This document shows, piece by piece, positions 23,671 through 34,753 of a DNA stretch of 64,000 bases. Origin of the DNA: a virus; the IMG/VR virus record IMGVR_UViG_3300017989_000082, positions 1 through 64,000 of that record; one strand, given 5' to 3'. Numbering within the stretch: the first letter of the stretch is position 1; each line of letters opens with the position of its first letter. Below the pieces are notes generated by a model. That model was not told the origin of the DNA, made no database searches, and worked only from the letters and a program-made list of their open reading frames with translations. Made by a program: the position numbers and the translations under genes.

Positions 23671-24168
23671 ATGAAGAGAAATAAAAGAGATACATTGCAG
23701 TTTGCGAAGATGAAAGCGGCGATGATGTTCGCAACGGAAAACCTTTCCACGCGGGAAATCGCAATCAAGGTTGGCCAGAGTACAAGAATGGTGAACACAT
23801 GGCTTGATGACCCGGCCTTTCAGGATGAGGTCAGACGCTACGCTGAACGCTTCCTCAAGGTGAATGAGGAAGGGAAGGAATTTAGGAAGCAGCAGGCGTC
23901 TACGGTGCTCCCATTCCTATATAATGAACTGTTTCGCAGGGTGGCTGTTGACCCCGCCTGCTTAGAGCATATGCGTGACACCGATTTGCGACAGCTCATT
24001 ATTGGCCTACAGCATGAGGCCCGCCTTGACACCGACGGGGACGTAACCCAAAAGGTAGGCCATTTGTCAACCAATAAGCTTGCCGACCGCTACAACAAGA
24101 GTTGCTCTGGGAAGAAAATGAAGAAAGAGAAAAGGGTGTCAAACCTGGATGACCATAGAAAGAAGTAA
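23671..24168 (+). CDS. terS: Putative terminase small subunit (N-terminal HTH)
   Basis: LSTREIAIKVGQSTRMVNTWLDDPAF HTH; directly upstream of terL; TTGACA promoter at 23619. Confidence 0.65.
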   Translation: MKRNKRDTLQFAKMKAAMMFATENLSTREIAIKVGQSTRMVNTWLDDPAFQDEVRRYAERFLKVNEEGKEFRKQQASTVLPFLYNELFRRVAVDPACLEHMRDTDLRQLIIGLQHEARLDTDGDVTQKVGHLSTNKLADRYNKSCSGKKMKKEKRVSNLDDHRKK

Positions 24169-24171
24169 CCC

Positions 24172-26019
24172 ATGAGTTTGATGGTTTCCAAAAAGAAGAG
24201 GAAAAAGAAGGTGAAAAAGAGCCGACAATTGGATGTCGGTTCTTTTGTTAGTGAGGCCAGTGAGGAGCTAAGCTCAAAGCCAGCTGATAATAAGCGCCGG
24301 GCCGCAGTGGTGGTTAGCAAAAAGAAGCCGCAACGAAAAGCTGCTCCCCTTACAGTGGTAAAAAAACAACCCACTGAAGAGGAGCTTGCCAACTGGTTGT
24401 CAACGGTTCCCGGTTTTATTGAGGGGCTAACCGAAACGGAATTTAACCCTACTCGTCTTTATGGGTATCAGGTAAAGTATTTGAACCGAAAAGTTTCCTT
24501 TTGGCATATAGACAAGGCGAGGCAGACTGGCTTCAGTTATGTGTTTGCTGCCGAGGGGCTGGCTAAGTCCCATCTGATGCACAAGTACACGAAAATTTTT
24601 ATTTCCATCAACCAAGATGAAGCCAATGAGAAGATCACCTACGCCCGCGCCATGTATGACAGTATGCCGCTGGCGTGGAAAAAGAAGTTGGTGGTGGACA
24701 ACCGCAAGTGTTTGGAGTTCGAGGGCAAGTGGCGAGGCCGTACAACCCGTACCCGCATAATCAGCCACGCACAAAGGGAGCCCCGTGGGAAGGGCGGTAA
24801 CACAGAGGTTGTTCTTGACGAGGCCGCACATTATATTTTCGGAAACCAGATTTACACTGCCGCCCTGCCTATTACCACTAGGGGAAAGGGTGGTATCACC
24901 ATAGGAAGCACACCGCTTGGAAAAAGCGGCATTCACTGGGACATTGCTGATAAGCCAGAATTCAGACGTATATACAGATACCAGCGGGTTTTCTGGTGGC
25001 ATTGTATTGATTTTGTCCAAAAGGGGAAGTTTAAGGAGGCCAACAAGAAGGCTAATAAGATGTCAACTGCCGAGCGCGTAGACAAATATGGCAGTGACAA
25101 GCTTATTAGCATATTCCTGAGTATGGATCTTGAATCCTTTCAGCAGGAATATGAGCTTTTACATATTGACGAGAGTGTTTCCTTTTTTCCTCTTGATCTT
25201 ATTAAGCGCTGCACCTATAGCGTAATAAAGGACAAAATTTACCTTGAGGAAGATGAATATGCTGAAGATGCTAAAAGTTTTCCTGTTGAGACTTCGTACC
25301 CAGAGGTTAAATTTAATTATTATACCGCCCTTGATGACCTTGCCGCCGCTAAGCGGGCAGGGGAGTTTAAGGGATCGCTTTCTGCTGGCTTCGACGTTGG
25401 ACGGCGTAAACACAACGCGGAGCTTATAATTGTTGAGGATGTGCCACGCGGCCCTGTTGCCCTTCGCGGAAGAATTAAGTTCAACAATGTAGATTTTGAA
25501 GCGCAGGAGGCTGAACTTGGCCGAGCAATTGATTGGCTTGGTCTTGAGCGTATGGGTATTGATGAAACTGGCCCCGGTATTCAGCTTGGCGAGAACATGG
25601 AAAAGAAATATCCGGGAGTTTGTATTCCAATTAATTTTACTAACTCTTGGAAAGAGCTTAATGCCAGTCATACTCGCAGGCTAATGGAAACGCAAAATTT
25701 GGCCCTGCCTGATGACCGGGATGTCAGAGGCCAGTTTCACAGTATTAAGCGAATGGTCACAGATCATGGAAACCTCCGCTTTGACGCGGAAAAGAATAAG
25801 GAGCATCATGGCGATATTGTTTGGGCTACGGCCCTTGCGGTTGAAGAGCTTCGCCCTGATGAAATTGGTAGCTTGAGCGTGTCAAAGAAGAAAGTTGACA
25901 GGGCCGTTCCAGAGAATATTGTTTCAAGACCAAAAAAGAGATTGTTTAACAAAAAGACAACCAGTGTTCCCATAGCAAGACACACTGGTCCATCTTTTGG
26001 GGTTTTGCCGCCTCATTAA
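24172..26019 (+). CDS. terL: Terminase large subunit (Mu gp28 / Terminase_6-like)
   Basis: KARQTGFSY (Walker A), VVLDEAAH (Walker B), STPLG, GFDVGRR, IDETGPG, HGDIVWA. Confidence 0.92.
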   Translation: MSLMVSKKKRKKKVKKSRQLDVGSFVSEASEELSSKPADNKRRAAVVVSKKKPQRKAAPLTVVKKQPTEEELANWLSTVPGFIEGLTETEFNPTRLYGYQVKYLNRKVSFWHIDKARQTGFSYVFAAEGLAKSHLMHKYTKIFISINQDEANEKITYARAMYDSMPLAWKKKLVVDNRKCLEFEGKWRGRTTRTRIISHAQREPRGKGGNTEVVLDEAAHYIFGNQIYTAALPITTRGKGGITIGSTPLGKSGIHWDIADKPEFRRIYRYQRVFWWHCIDFVQKGKFKEANKKANKMSTAERVDKYGSDKLISIFLSMDLESFQQEYELLHIDESVSFFPLDLIKRCTYSVIKDKIYLEEDEYAEDAKSFPVETSYPEVKFNYYTALDDLAAAKRAGEFKGSLSAGFDVGRRKHNAELIIVEDVPRGPVALRGRIKFNNVDFEAQEAELGRAIDWLGLERMGIDETGPGIQLGENMEKKYPGVCIPINFTNSWKELNASHTRRLMETQNLALPDDRDVRGQFHSIKRMVTDHGNLRFDAEKNKEHHGDIVWATALAVEELRPDEIGSLSVSKKKVDRAVPENIVSRPKKRLFNKKTTSVPIARHTGPSFGVLPPH

Positions 26020-26035
26020 TGGAAGGGACTTTCTG

Positions 26036-28021
26036 ATGGCTAAGAAAAAGAAGCGGAGAGCGGTTGTTAAAAAGACCAGCGGTCCAATCATGTCAAGAAG
26101 GGACCGCAAGGGACTTGAAGATTTCACAGAGAAGCATTTCAGCCGGGAGCTCCAGGATGAATTCAGCAGTTTCCTTAAGGGGGAAGCTAAGCTGAAGGGC
26201 AGAAAAGGGGGCAGAAAGGCCGACGAGGATGAGGTTCCTGTTATTAACCTGAAAGAGCTTACCCGCATAGACAACCCAAATGTATCCGGCATGGCCTTTG
26301 GTAAAGATTACGGCATTTACAACCCTTCCGAAATTACCATTGATACCTTCAAGAAGATGAAGAAGGATCCGCAAATTGCTGCCGCACTTGCTTTTGTTAA
26401 ATTGCCAATCATGAGTCTGCCGTGGCGCATACAATGCGAAAATGATAAAATCGCTAAAACGGTTGAGTATATTATTAAACCCATATGGAGGTCTACCCTA
26501 AAGAGTGTTCTCACGGCGGTTGAATATGGGTTTGCCAGCCACGAGAAAGTTTACGCCCTAAGGGACATCCATGTTCGGTCAGAAAACAAAACTGGTAAGA
26601 AGAAAACCTTTTTTAAGGGACCAGCCCTGACCTATAAGAAAATTAAACCCCATTACCCAGATTCAATAACAATCAACGTGAACAAGTTTGATGACTTCTC
26701 CAGCATTACCCAATCAATGATGGGAAAGGGAGACGTCACCATTGATAAGAATAAGAGCTTCCTGTTTACAAACGACTACGAGTTTGGGAACCTGTATGGA
26801 ATGTCCCGTCTTGAGTCGGTATATAAATACTGGTACTGGAAAGAAATCATGTACCAGTTCATGCTCATGTATTTTGAGCGCCGCGGAAGCCCGCCTGTAG
26901 TGGCTACGGCCCCAATGGGGCGGTCAACTGATTCTGACGGTACAACAAGGCGTGACAACCTTGATGTGGCCTTAGACCTTGCCTCAAGCCTTCTGAGCAA
27001 CAGCGTTGCTGCCCTGCCCTACCAAAGCAACCGCAATACAAACGAAAATATGTGGGGCCTGGAGTACTTGCTTGACGACAAGCGTGGCGAGATGTTCATT
27101 GAGGCCATTAACCATATTGACAAGGCCATTCTGCATGGAATCTTCCTGCCCGACAACACGGTAACGGAGGGTGGCTCTTATAGTTCATCTTCTGTTCATG
27201 CTGATTTGTTTCTCATGAGCGAGAAGGGGCTCGTTACCGATATTGAATTGGCGGTTAATACGCAGCTTGTACCCATATTGGTGCAGGGCAACTTCAAACG
27301 TAGCGAGTGGTGCGATTGCTACTTTGAAATGGAGAACCTTGATTTTAACCGCAAGTTGGCTCTTAAAGAGATTTTCATTGAAATGCTCCGCAATGTTGAC
27401 AATATGGTTCAAATTGGCTTGCGTCCAAAAATATACCCTGATATTGAAGAGCTCGCCAAGGTTCTGCAAATTCCCGTTTCTACCCTTAAAGATGAGGTTG
27501 ATGAAACGGAGGCTCCCAGCCAGCTCCCGGGCGAAAAAGCTCCTACCAATGTAATCCCTATTGATGGGGCTAAAAGCAGGGCCGTTCCTCGTAGGCCGAA
27601 GCGGGAAAGCAGCACAGGCACCCGGGATGTTGACAGGAAGGATCTTCGCCCCGGTGGTAAGCGTGCCGAACAGCGACGGGCAAAAATGAGTGAGGCTGAA
27701 AAGAGATTGTCAGAGCCCGATGCTGATATGATAGACCTTCTTACGGAAATGTATGGTCCCCAGCCCGATGAAGATGGGGCCATACCCTCAAGCGAGAAAC
27801 TTCGCTTTAAACTGATAATGCAGGCGCTAACAGATGATGGACTCAAAGAGATCAAGAAGGGGTTGATGCGCTACAGGGCAATATCAAGCATGGACATCAT
27901 TCCCAATTTTGAGTTTATGGATAACATGGATGTTATTCGCCACATTGTTCCGCTTCCAGACTTTGCCATTGACCTTTTGCAAGAGGCCATGATTCGTAAA
28001 CTTTCTGATGTTGGAGAATAG
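26036..28021 (+). CDS. Portal protein (Mu gp29 / DUF935-like) with a long C-terminal extension
   Basis: DPQIAAAL, YGFASHEKVY, NLYGMSRL...YKYWYWK, FERRGSP; follows terL. Confidence 0.85.
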   Translation: MAKKKKRRAVVKKTSGPIMSRRDRKGLEDFTEKHFSRELQDEFSSFLKGEAKLKGRKGGRKADEDEVPVINLKELTRIDNPNVSGMAFGKDYGIYNPSEITIDTFKKMKKDPQIAAALAFVKLPIMSLPWRIQCENDKIAKTVEYIIKPIWRSTLKSVLTAVEYGFASHEKVYALRDIHVRSENKTGKKKTFFKGPALTYKKIKPHYPDSITINVNKFDDFSSITQSMMGKGDVTIDKNKSFLFTNDYEFGNLYGMSRLESVYKYWYWKEIMYQFMLMYFERRGSPPVVATAPMGRSTDSDGTTRRDNLDVALDLASSLLSNSVAALPYQSNRNTNENMWGLEYLLDDKRGEMFIEAINHIDKAILHGIFLPDNTVTEGGSYSSSSVHADLFLMSEKGLVTDIELAVNTQLVPILVQGNFKRSEWCDCYFEMENLDFNRKLALKEIFIEMLRNVDNMVQIGLRPKIYPDIEELAKVLQIPVSTLKDEVDETEAPSQLPGEKAPTNVIPIDGAKSRAVPRRPKRESSTGTRDVDRKDLRPGGKRAEQRRAKMSEAEKRLSEPDADMIDLLTEMYGPQPDEDGAIPSSEKLRFKLIMQALTDDGLKEIKKGLMRYRAISSMDIIPNFEFMDNMDVIRHIVPLPDFAIDLLQEAMIRKLSDVGE

Positions 28022-28023
28022 CC

Positions 28024-28263
28024 TTGAGCATATCAAAAGAAATTCGGGTAGGTCCGGATGGAAATACAAGGACGAGGCGCAAGGTAAATTTTCAGGCAAT
28101 AACGAAAATTTTCACGCTTCATAACGCCACGTTTACCCGAGATGCCAATGGAAGGCTGATTGAGACCCTGCTTTATCAGGATACTGACTATGCAAAACGC
28201 ATTACCTTTACACGGGATGGCAATGGCAAAATCACAAGCATGTCATCAGAGGAAGTATATTAA
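28024..28263 (+). CDS. Small protein with YD-like TFTRD.NG repeats
   Basis: TFTRDANGRL and TFTRDGNGKI. Confidence 0.6.
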   Translation: MSISKEIRVGPDGNTRTRRKVNFQAITKIFTLHNATFTRDANGRLIETLLYQDTDYAKRITFTRDGNGKITSMSSEEVY

Positions 28264-28709
28264 TGTTACAGGATAATATAAATCCTGATTTGGTTCGCCG
28301 CATTGACGGCCTTCCTTACTTGTATGACCCAACTAGGGCATTATGGCTTAGTGTCAATATGCGGACCTACACCTTTGCCATTGACCATAGAAATATAGGT
28401 TGCGCTACAGCAATGCAATTCATTGCCGAGTTACACACTAATGTCAATGGGCCGCTAGTAGAAAAAAATGGAATATTAGTTTCTCTTTCTGTTCGCTGTC
28501 AAAACAATGCAAATGCAAATTTTAATCTTTATAAAAATAACGATTCCTTGGTACGTCAAATTGTTTTATCTGGTGTTAATTTTGGTAAGCTCGAAAACCT
28601 GAGTGATTTGCTTTCTGAAGATGATTGGCTTGGCTGTAATTGTGAGCCGATTTCTGGAAATGTAGATTTTCCGGTCTTGCAAGCCACGGTAGCGTGGCGA
28701 GAAAATTAG
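28263..28709 (+). CDS. Putative virion decoration protein
   Basis: The YLYDPTRALWLS domain is shared with the C-terminus of 28725..30137. Confidence 0.65.
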   Translation: MLQDNINPDLVRRIDGLPYLYDPTRALWLSVNMRTYTFAIDHRNIGCATAMQFIAELHTNVNGPLVEKNGILVSLSVRCQNNANANFNLYKNNDSLVRQIVLSGVNFGKLENLSDLLSEDDWLGCNCEPISGNVDFPVLQATVAWREN

Positions 28710-28724
28710 AAAGGAGAAATTGAT

Positions 28725-30137
28725 ATGGCCATAATGCATACTGTCATTATTAAAAACAATGATTCCACGGACATTGAAATACCTGATCTTGGAATCATTG
28801 GTGTCCCCGCTGGAGATCAAATAACGCTAAGTAATCAGGAAACATATCCTGAAATTGCTGGTAGTGATGATCTCCGCACATTGGTTGAAAATGGCGATCT
28901 TGTTGTGAATGATGGCTCAGACGACCTGAGTGCCGCAGATGGCGTTCTGTATTTAACTATTGTTCGCCAGCAATACCTCATGGACACGTTCTATACAAGA
29001 GCACAGCTTCAGGGCTCTGGGCAGGCAGAAATCCATTGGAATAATTTGACGAACAAACCGGCCTTTGGGGATCCAAGTTTTGTTGCGCCTGTCTTATATC
29101 GTGTTCTTGACATTGCCAGCGATGCCACGGCCTCAAATGTTGGCGATGTTTATGTTGATACCGACGATGACAAATACTACAAATGGAATGGGGCCGCATG
29201 GGTTGATGATGGGGATGTTGCCGAGGGCGACCGGGTTATTAACCTGGATCATGCCACCGAAAATATCCATGTATTTGATAGTGGTGCATGGGCCGACACC
29301 ACGGAATCTGCTGACCAGACCCTTGTTAACGTCAATGATGACGGCGATGGCAATGACGCCCAGTATGTGTATGATGGCCCCACCGATACATGGCTGAAAA
29401 TGGGCGACATTGATTACAGCGGCCACTTTGACGGTGGAGCCGGCAAGCACGATGCCAGCGAAATTGATGTTGAAGGTACGTATCCGAATGTACCAAGCTC
29501 TCCGTGTGATGCTGAGACGGCCATTAGCGAGCTCAGCGATGCAATTACCAGTGCCGCGGAAAGCAATACGTTGGATGAGGCGTATGATGAAGGCGGTGCT
29601 GGTGCAGGCCGCGCCATTACGGCAGATTCCGGCCCCGTTGAGATTGACAACGGCGGTGGTACGCAAGCTGGTTTCAGGCTTGTTCCTAACGCCACGTTCC
29701 CCAGCGTTAGCCTTGCCAATGGTCAGGTCCATGTTGATGCTGACGGTATTGAATATGTCTATGATGGCACAAGAGGCAAATGGCTCTCAAAGGCCAGAAT
29801 GACAATGAGCTTCAGCAGGCAAGGCAACAGTGCAAACGCCTATTTGCTTTCTGGTGAAGTTCCTGCCAATCAATCTGGCCCAAGATTCCATAAGGATGTA
29901 TGCATTACCGGCATTAGCTGTCAATTAAGCAATGTCAGTACAGGCACCCTTATTGTAAGAAAGGATGATGTTGCCATAAACCTTTTTACGCTGGCCATTT
30001 CTTCCGCGCAGGGCGATCACGACGATACCATTGATGAATCTATTGATGCAGGGAGTTTTTTACAGTGTGGCCTGACAAGCAGTGTTACGCCGAGAAACCC
30101 GGTCGTGACCATATGGTATGCGTACGAAAAGAAATAA
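28725..30137 (+). CDS. Acidic putative head fibre/decoration protein
   Basis: Asp/Gly-rich and modular; N-domain shared with 30157, C-domain shared with 28263. Confidence 0.7.
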   Translation: MAIMHTVIIKNNDSTDIEIPDLGIIGVPAGDQITLSNQETYPEIAGSDDLRTLVENGDLVVNDGSDDLSAADGVLYLTIVRQQYLMDTFYTRAQLQGSGQAEIHWNNLTNKPAFGDPSFVAPVLYRVLDIASDATASNVGDVYVDTDDDKYYKWNGAAWVDDGDVAEGDRVINLDHATENIHVFDSGAWADTTESADQTLVNVNDDGDGNDAQYVYDGPTDTWLKMGDIDYSGHFDGGAGKHDASEIDVEGTYPNVPSSPCDAETAISELSDAITSAAESNTLDEAYDEGGAGAGRAITADSGPVEIDNGGGTQAGFRLVPNATFPSVSLANGQVHVDADGIEYVYDGTRGKWLSKARMTMSFSRQGNSANAYLLSGEVPANQSGPRFHKDVCITGISCQLSNVSTGTLIVRKDDVAINLFTLAISSAQGDHDDTIDESIDAGSFLQCGLTSSVTPRNPVVTIWYAYEKK

Positions 30138-30156
30138 ATAATGTGGTAGGAATGTA

Positions 30157-31311
30157 ATGGCAAATCCGCTTGTAGTTGTACTGAACAATGATAGCACAGA
30201 GGTTTGGATTGACGATTTGGGGTTGTCAATCCAACCCTCTGAGCAACTAGTGCTATGTGAAGACAGCATAGATAGTTTGTTTCCCATATCAAAGATTTTT
30301 GATTCCAACGACTTAAAAGATCTTGTCGAAAACACAACCCTTAGCGTAAGTAGCGATGGGACAAACTACCTTGATACTACTGATGGAATTTCCCACATAA
30401 GTTATGAATCGCCCTATCAAGATCTTGCTGGTGATTCAAAATTTGACCGGGAAGGCGGTGTCATTACACCAAAGGTTGAGGGGGATGATCTTGATTTAAA
30501 AAACGGCACCCTCATTCTCCGAAATGTTGCTGGCACTGGCTATGTGGTTATTCAAAGAAGCAGCGGTAATGCCAGTATATCTGTTTATGGCACAGATGCC
30601 AGGGCTCTGTACCTTAACCTCATGAAGCAGGTGACGCAGCTTGGCGGCTCTACCTCTGACCAGTATGTTGTTATCTCTGATAGCGGGGATGGACAGTTAC
30701 TTGGAATATTCGGTGACGGGGTTCACAAAATACGAAAAGAGCTTTTGTTTCTTGCTGGCTTGACCCCAACAGAGTATTTCCGGGTGGGGCATGATGGCTC
30801 TGGCTACTTTGTTTTTGCCGGTGATGGAAATAAGATCAGGTCAGTGCTGGATCAGGATAATATGTCATCGGACAGCGCCACCGCCCTGATTACCCAGCAG
30901 AGCGCCAAAGCCTACAATGACAAGTTCCCGCATGAGATAAATTTTGCAATCTCTGACGGCTCCAACCCATATCAGGAAATAGAGGCTACATCTTGGAAGT
31001 CGGTTCGCCAGTTTATCTTTCGGGGCACTAATAATATATGGGCGCCAACGGCCTTTAAGGTGGCGGTGAAAATACCGTTTAATCAAACTGGACACTTTCA
31101 ATTAGTGGACCTGACGCACGGCAGTAACGTTGTGGCCTCTATGACAAAGGTTGGCTATCTTTGGCAATTCCCAAATGGTGCCAACTGGAAAATAGTAACA
31201 GATAATTCCCTTGCCAACCTTCCTTCGGGGGAGTCTGTTTTTGAGTTGCAGGCGAAGGCTGAAAATGCTGGGGGCAAGGTGTATTTATCCTCAATGAACC
31301 TTGTATTTTAA
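30157..31311 (+). CDS. Putative virion fibre protein
   Basis: N-domain NND...IDDLG...SNDLKDLVEN is shared with 28725; fibre-like DSATALITQQSAKAY motif. Confidence 0.7.
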   Translation: MANPLVVVLNNDSTEVWIDDLGLSIQPSEQLVLCEDSIDSLFPISKIFDSNDLKDLVENTTLSVSSDGTNYLDTTDGISHISYESPYQDLAGDSKFDREGGVITPKVEGDDLDLKNGTLILRNVAGTGYVVIQRSSGNASISVYGTDARALYLNLMKQVTQLGGSTSDQYVVISDSGDGQLLGIFGDGVHKIRKELLFLAGLTPTEYFRVGHDGSGYFVFAGDGNKIRSVLDQDNMSSDSATALITQQSAKAYNDKFPHEINFAISDGSNPYQEIEATSWKSVRQFIFRGTNNIWAPTAFKVAVKIPFNQTGHFQLVDLTHGSNVVASMTKVGYLWQFPNGANWKIVTDNSLANLPSGESVFELQAKAENAGGKVYLSSMNLVF

Positions 31312-31328
31312 CGAGAGGGTGGCAGGCC

Positions 31329-32231
31329 ATGACTGTTTATAACTGGCGGGTTTATTGCAACACCGAGGGCGGCTACATCGAGACATGGAGCCCGGAGGTG
31401 CCCACCGTTTGCCCCAACAATAACATCCATGAGATTGACCCTTTAAAGTCCGTTATCATTGGGGAGGTGAAAGAGGTTGTTCCGGTTGATTCCGTTACGG
31501 GTAAGGTGAGGTCTCATTCAAGTTCAAAATTGCCAGGACTCACTACCAACTTTACTGGCCGCGGCGATGATCCTTCGGATGTTGATGATGTTGGAAATGG
31601 TCAAAGAATATATTACAAGCACGAGCTTGGCGATAGTACTGAAGCCACTATTTATGTTGATTTTAATACCATTGCAAACACCACCAGTATAAATGAAGGG
31701 TATGAATCACACAGTAATTGCCAAAATGAAGATTGTGGGTCTGTTGAAATAGTTTCGCGGGCCACACAAATATCTATGGATGGAACCAACACAGACTATA
31801 AACTTTATGCTGGCATTATGGTTATTCCAGCAATTGATAGTACTGGAGAGGTAGAAATACTTTCAGATCTTTCAGAGCATGACGGTGGTTTAGTTTATAT
31901 GCCCGATGTTCAGCAAACTGATGGATCTTATCTATCTCCTGTTGCTTTTTGGAATGCGGAATGGAATAGCGTGACGAAAAAATTTGAAAATATAACACCT
32001 GCTCCTGCCGGAGATGGTCGTTATAATATTTTCATATATGAATATGTTTTTCATCGCTTTGCAAATGATTGGCCTTTGATGGGTAATTGCAGCGGTTGTC
32101 TTCTATCAACTGAGGATGAAGATTTGTGGGGGCATGGAATGAGATTAAAAATAACCATGAAGACTGGTTTGCCAGACCATGCTTGGGAGTTTAAACTTGG
32201 CCTATCAATGAGTAGATTGAGAACTGCATAA
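31329..32231 (+). CDS. Putative structural protein
   Basis: 300-aa ORF in the structural cluster; WRVYCNTE...PTVCPNN..H. Confidence 0.7.
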   Translation: MTVYNWRVYCNTEGGYIETWSPEVPTVCPNNNIHEIDPLKSVIIGEVKEVVPVDSVTGKVRSHSSSKLPGLTTNFTGRGDDPSDVDDVGNGQRIYYKHELGDSTEATIYVDFNTIANTTSINEGYESHSNCQNEDCGSVEIVSRATQISMDGTNTDYKLYAGIMVIPAIDSTGEVEILSDLSEHDGGLVYMPDVQQTDGSYLSPVAFWNAEWNSVTKKFENITPAPAGDGRYNIFIYEYVFHRFANDWPLMGNCSGCLLSTEDEDLWGHGMRLKITMKTGLPDHAWEFKLGLSMSRLRTA

Positions 32232-32250
32232 CACATAGTGGGCTTAATTA

Positions 32251-32649
32251 ATGAACTATGCACTGATTAATAATGAAATACACGATAGCTTTCCGGTTGT
32301 AGACCGGGCTACGTTCAATATGGTAGGCGGAATTGACTCTACAAGCTTTGCTGTCACTATTCTTGATCCTGATGGTGATGGCAGAGTTGATGGTACGGGC
32401 GCTGTTGATTGGTCTATTCAGGAAAAGGGTGTAGGCACTGGCTTCTATACGCTAAGCTTTACTCCTGACCAGCTTGGCGAGTGGATCGCAAATGTTGTCC
32501 ACGATGATTATTTCCCCTATGGAAAGAGTATGAATTATGAAGTTGTACCGGAAGGGTTTTTCTCTTCCGGTGGTGATTCCACTTCCGATATTGCGGAATT
32601 GCTTGACATTTGCGATGACATTGTTATAATGCTCTCAACATTATTATAA
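32251..32649 (+). CDS. Putative structural protein (Ig-like)
   Basis: GFYTLSFTPDQLGEW is an Ig-like pattern. Confidence 0.65.
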   Translation: MNYALINNEIHDSFPVVDRATFNMVGGIDSTSFAVTILDPDGDGRVDGTGAVDWSIQEKGVGTGFYTLSFTPDQLGEWIANVVHDDYFPYGKSMNYEVVPEGFFSSGGDSTSDIAELLDICDDIVIMLSTLL

Positions 32650-32661
32650 GGAGGTTTTGCC

Positions 32662-33132
32662 ATGATCACGGCCACCGTAATCCATCACGTTTCAGATAAT
32701 TATATGGCAGAGATTAGCCGAGTGATACAGGCATACACATTTAACCCAAGCGTTGATGCCACCGGCGAGAGTTCGGAGCTTGTCAGATTTGAAATTTCAA
32801 ACCTTAAAACATCGGTTACGGATGAAGATCGTGATTATGCTGGAAATGCAGATGTTATGAAATTTCTCAAAATCTCTTTGTCATGTAATTCTGAAGATTT
32901 CGATTTCAGCATTCTCAACCGCGGCGACATGACATGCCTTGATACTATCAACGAAATTATTGCCTATGAGGGCGAGGTATTGTCAATGTCAGATAGCTGG
33001 CTAATGGACCTCGTTGTGAGAAACGCTGACGACATCCCTGATAATATGTTTTATGCCTGGTTTAGGAATAATGATGCCGTCAACCCCATTGGCGATGTCA
33101 CAATGGAAATCGCGTTTGAAACCGTTGATTAA
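32662..33132 (+). CDS. Putative structural protein
   Basis: AAGGAGG RBS; acidic. Confidence 0.7.
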   Translation: MITATVIHHVSDNYMAEISRVIQAYTFNPSVDATGESSELVRFEISNLKTSVTDEDRDYAGNADVMKFLKISLSCNSEDFDFSILNRGDMTCLDTINEIIAYEGEVLSMSDSWLMDLVVRNADDIPDNMFYAWFRNNDAVNPIGDVTMEIAFETVD

Positions 33133-33146
33133 TATGGAGGTATATC

Positions 33147-33455
33147 ATGGCAAGAGTTAAGCCGGTCAATTATTTTGGAAGCGGTGGCGGCGGTTCTTAT
33201 GCTCCGCTGAACCACAATCATGACTCAAGATATGCCCTCATTTTTCATTCCACAGGGCATGCAAATGGTGGGAGTGACCCCTTAAAGCTTGATGCTCTTG
33301 CTGTGCCAGATGACAGTACGAATCTTGATGTATCTGTGTCGGCGCATGGTTTGATGCCGAAGCTTACCGGAGAAACGGATAAATTTTTTCGCGGGGATGG
33401 CTCTTGGTCTGAAGCTACCATTCCTGATAATTTAGATATGGGTTCTTTTGTATGA
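33147..33455 (+). CDS. Short fibre-like protein
   Basis: HNHDSRY, HGLMPKL...FFRGDGSW, and C-terminal DMGSFV. Confidence 0.7.
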   Translation: MARVKPVNYFGSGGGGSYAPLNHNHDSRYALIFHSTGHANGGSDPLKLDALAVPDDSTNLDVSVSAHGLMPKLTGETDKFFRGDGSWSEATIPDNLDMGSFV

Positions 33456-33496
33456 GTTTTTATTAACTTATTAATCTTCAATAGGGGGTTAAAATT

Positions 33497-34753
33497 ATGC
33501 CGGTTTTTCAAGTAAAAAGAGGTACAAAGGCGGAGCTCAATGGCATTACTTTGGCGGCTGGTGAGTTGGGTTTCACCACAGACACCAAGGAGGTTTACAT
33601 TGGTGACGGAGCCAGCAATAACCTGATTGGCTCTGTCAAGGTTGATGTTGTCGCCAATAAGCCCGCGGCTGGCGTTGCCGGGAGAATTTTTCACCAAACA
33701 GACGGCGATGATGCCGGGGATACATTTCTTGATGATGGGGCACAGTGGGTTAAAATTGGCGTTTCCAACATTGGAGACCTCAGTGGAGACCTGGACGATA
33801 TTGATGATGGCACCAGCTATCAGCGGGTTGCGGCTTCCGAGGTTGATGAAAGCGGCTATGTCACGCAGGTAAATGATGGGGCAAATGTGGCCACGGCATC
33901 TGATGTACGGGGGCATCTTGATGATGACTCAATCCATCAAGAGCATCCGGCCTCAAGTGCTGTTGGCAACATTGCCACCTTTGCCGATACTACCGGCGGC
34001 CTTGATGATTCTGGTGTAAAGGTCAGCGATGCTGGCAGCAGCTCAACGGATCTCTGGTCGGCACAGAAAATCCAGAACACCATTGACCTCGCAATTGCGG
34101 GGCTTGATATCCAGGCGGATGTGCTTGATATTCAGGTGGATGATACCCTTGATCCTGGTGGTTCCCCGGATACCGGTGCCCGCTACATCATGACGGACTC
34201 AACAAATGCCCATGCCAATTTTGGCTCAATTGATGGGCTTGAGGGTAATGACATTGTTGAATATGATGGCGATTCTTTTGAGGTTGCCTACGATGTCTCT
34301 GAGGAGGGGGAAGGCGCACTTTGCTGGGACCGTGATAGCGGCACATGGCAACGGTGGGATGGTTCCTCCTGGGATGAATTTGGTGGCTTGGCCGGAATAA
34401 CGGCTGGCAACGGCCTGACCAAAGATGGCAGTATTCTTCACGTCGGGGCAGGGGACGGCGTTGATGTTGATTCCGATGATATTGCCGTTGATGTTACCGA
34501 TTTCATTGATACCGACTATGGTCTTGAGGAAAATTCAAATGACATTCGCATTAACCTTGAAGCGGATGGCGGTTTGCAGTTTGATGGCTCCAATCATGGC
34601 ATTGAAATCAAAGCGGATACCAGCACTGGCGATACCATTGCCCCCTTGGCAGTGGGCGCTGACGGGGCCGGGGTTGAAGTGGACAACAGCACCATTAAGC
34701 ATTCCAATGGTGTGCTTGAGGTTGGCGATATTGACGGCGGCTCCTTCGTTTAG
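33497..34753 (+). CDS. Acidic fibre protein with an Mtd-N / hyaluronidase-N-like N-terminal domain
   Basis: QVKRGT..EL..ITLAAGELGFTTDTKEVYIGDG; C-terminal IDGGSFV. Confidence 0.75.
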   Translation: MPVFQVKRGTKAELNGITLAAGELGFTTDTKEVYIGDGASNNLIGSVKVDVVANKPAAGVAGRIFHQTDGDDAGDTFLDDGAQWVKIGVSNIGDLSGDLDDIDDGTSYQRVAASEVDESGYVTQVNDGANVATASDVRGHLDDDSIHQEHPASSAVGNIATFADTTGGLDDSGVKVSDAGSSSTDLWSAQKIQNTIDLAIAGLDIQADVLDIQVDDTLDPGGSPDTGARYIMTDSTNAHANFGSIDGLEGNDIVEYDGDSFEVAYDVSEEGEGALCWDRDSGTWQRWDGSSWDEFGGLAGITAGNGLTKDGSILHVGAGDGVDVDSDDIAVDVTDFIDTDYGLEENSNDIRINLEADGGLQFDGSNHGIEIKADTSTGDTIAPLAVGADGAGVEVDNSTIKHSNGVLEVGDIDGGSFV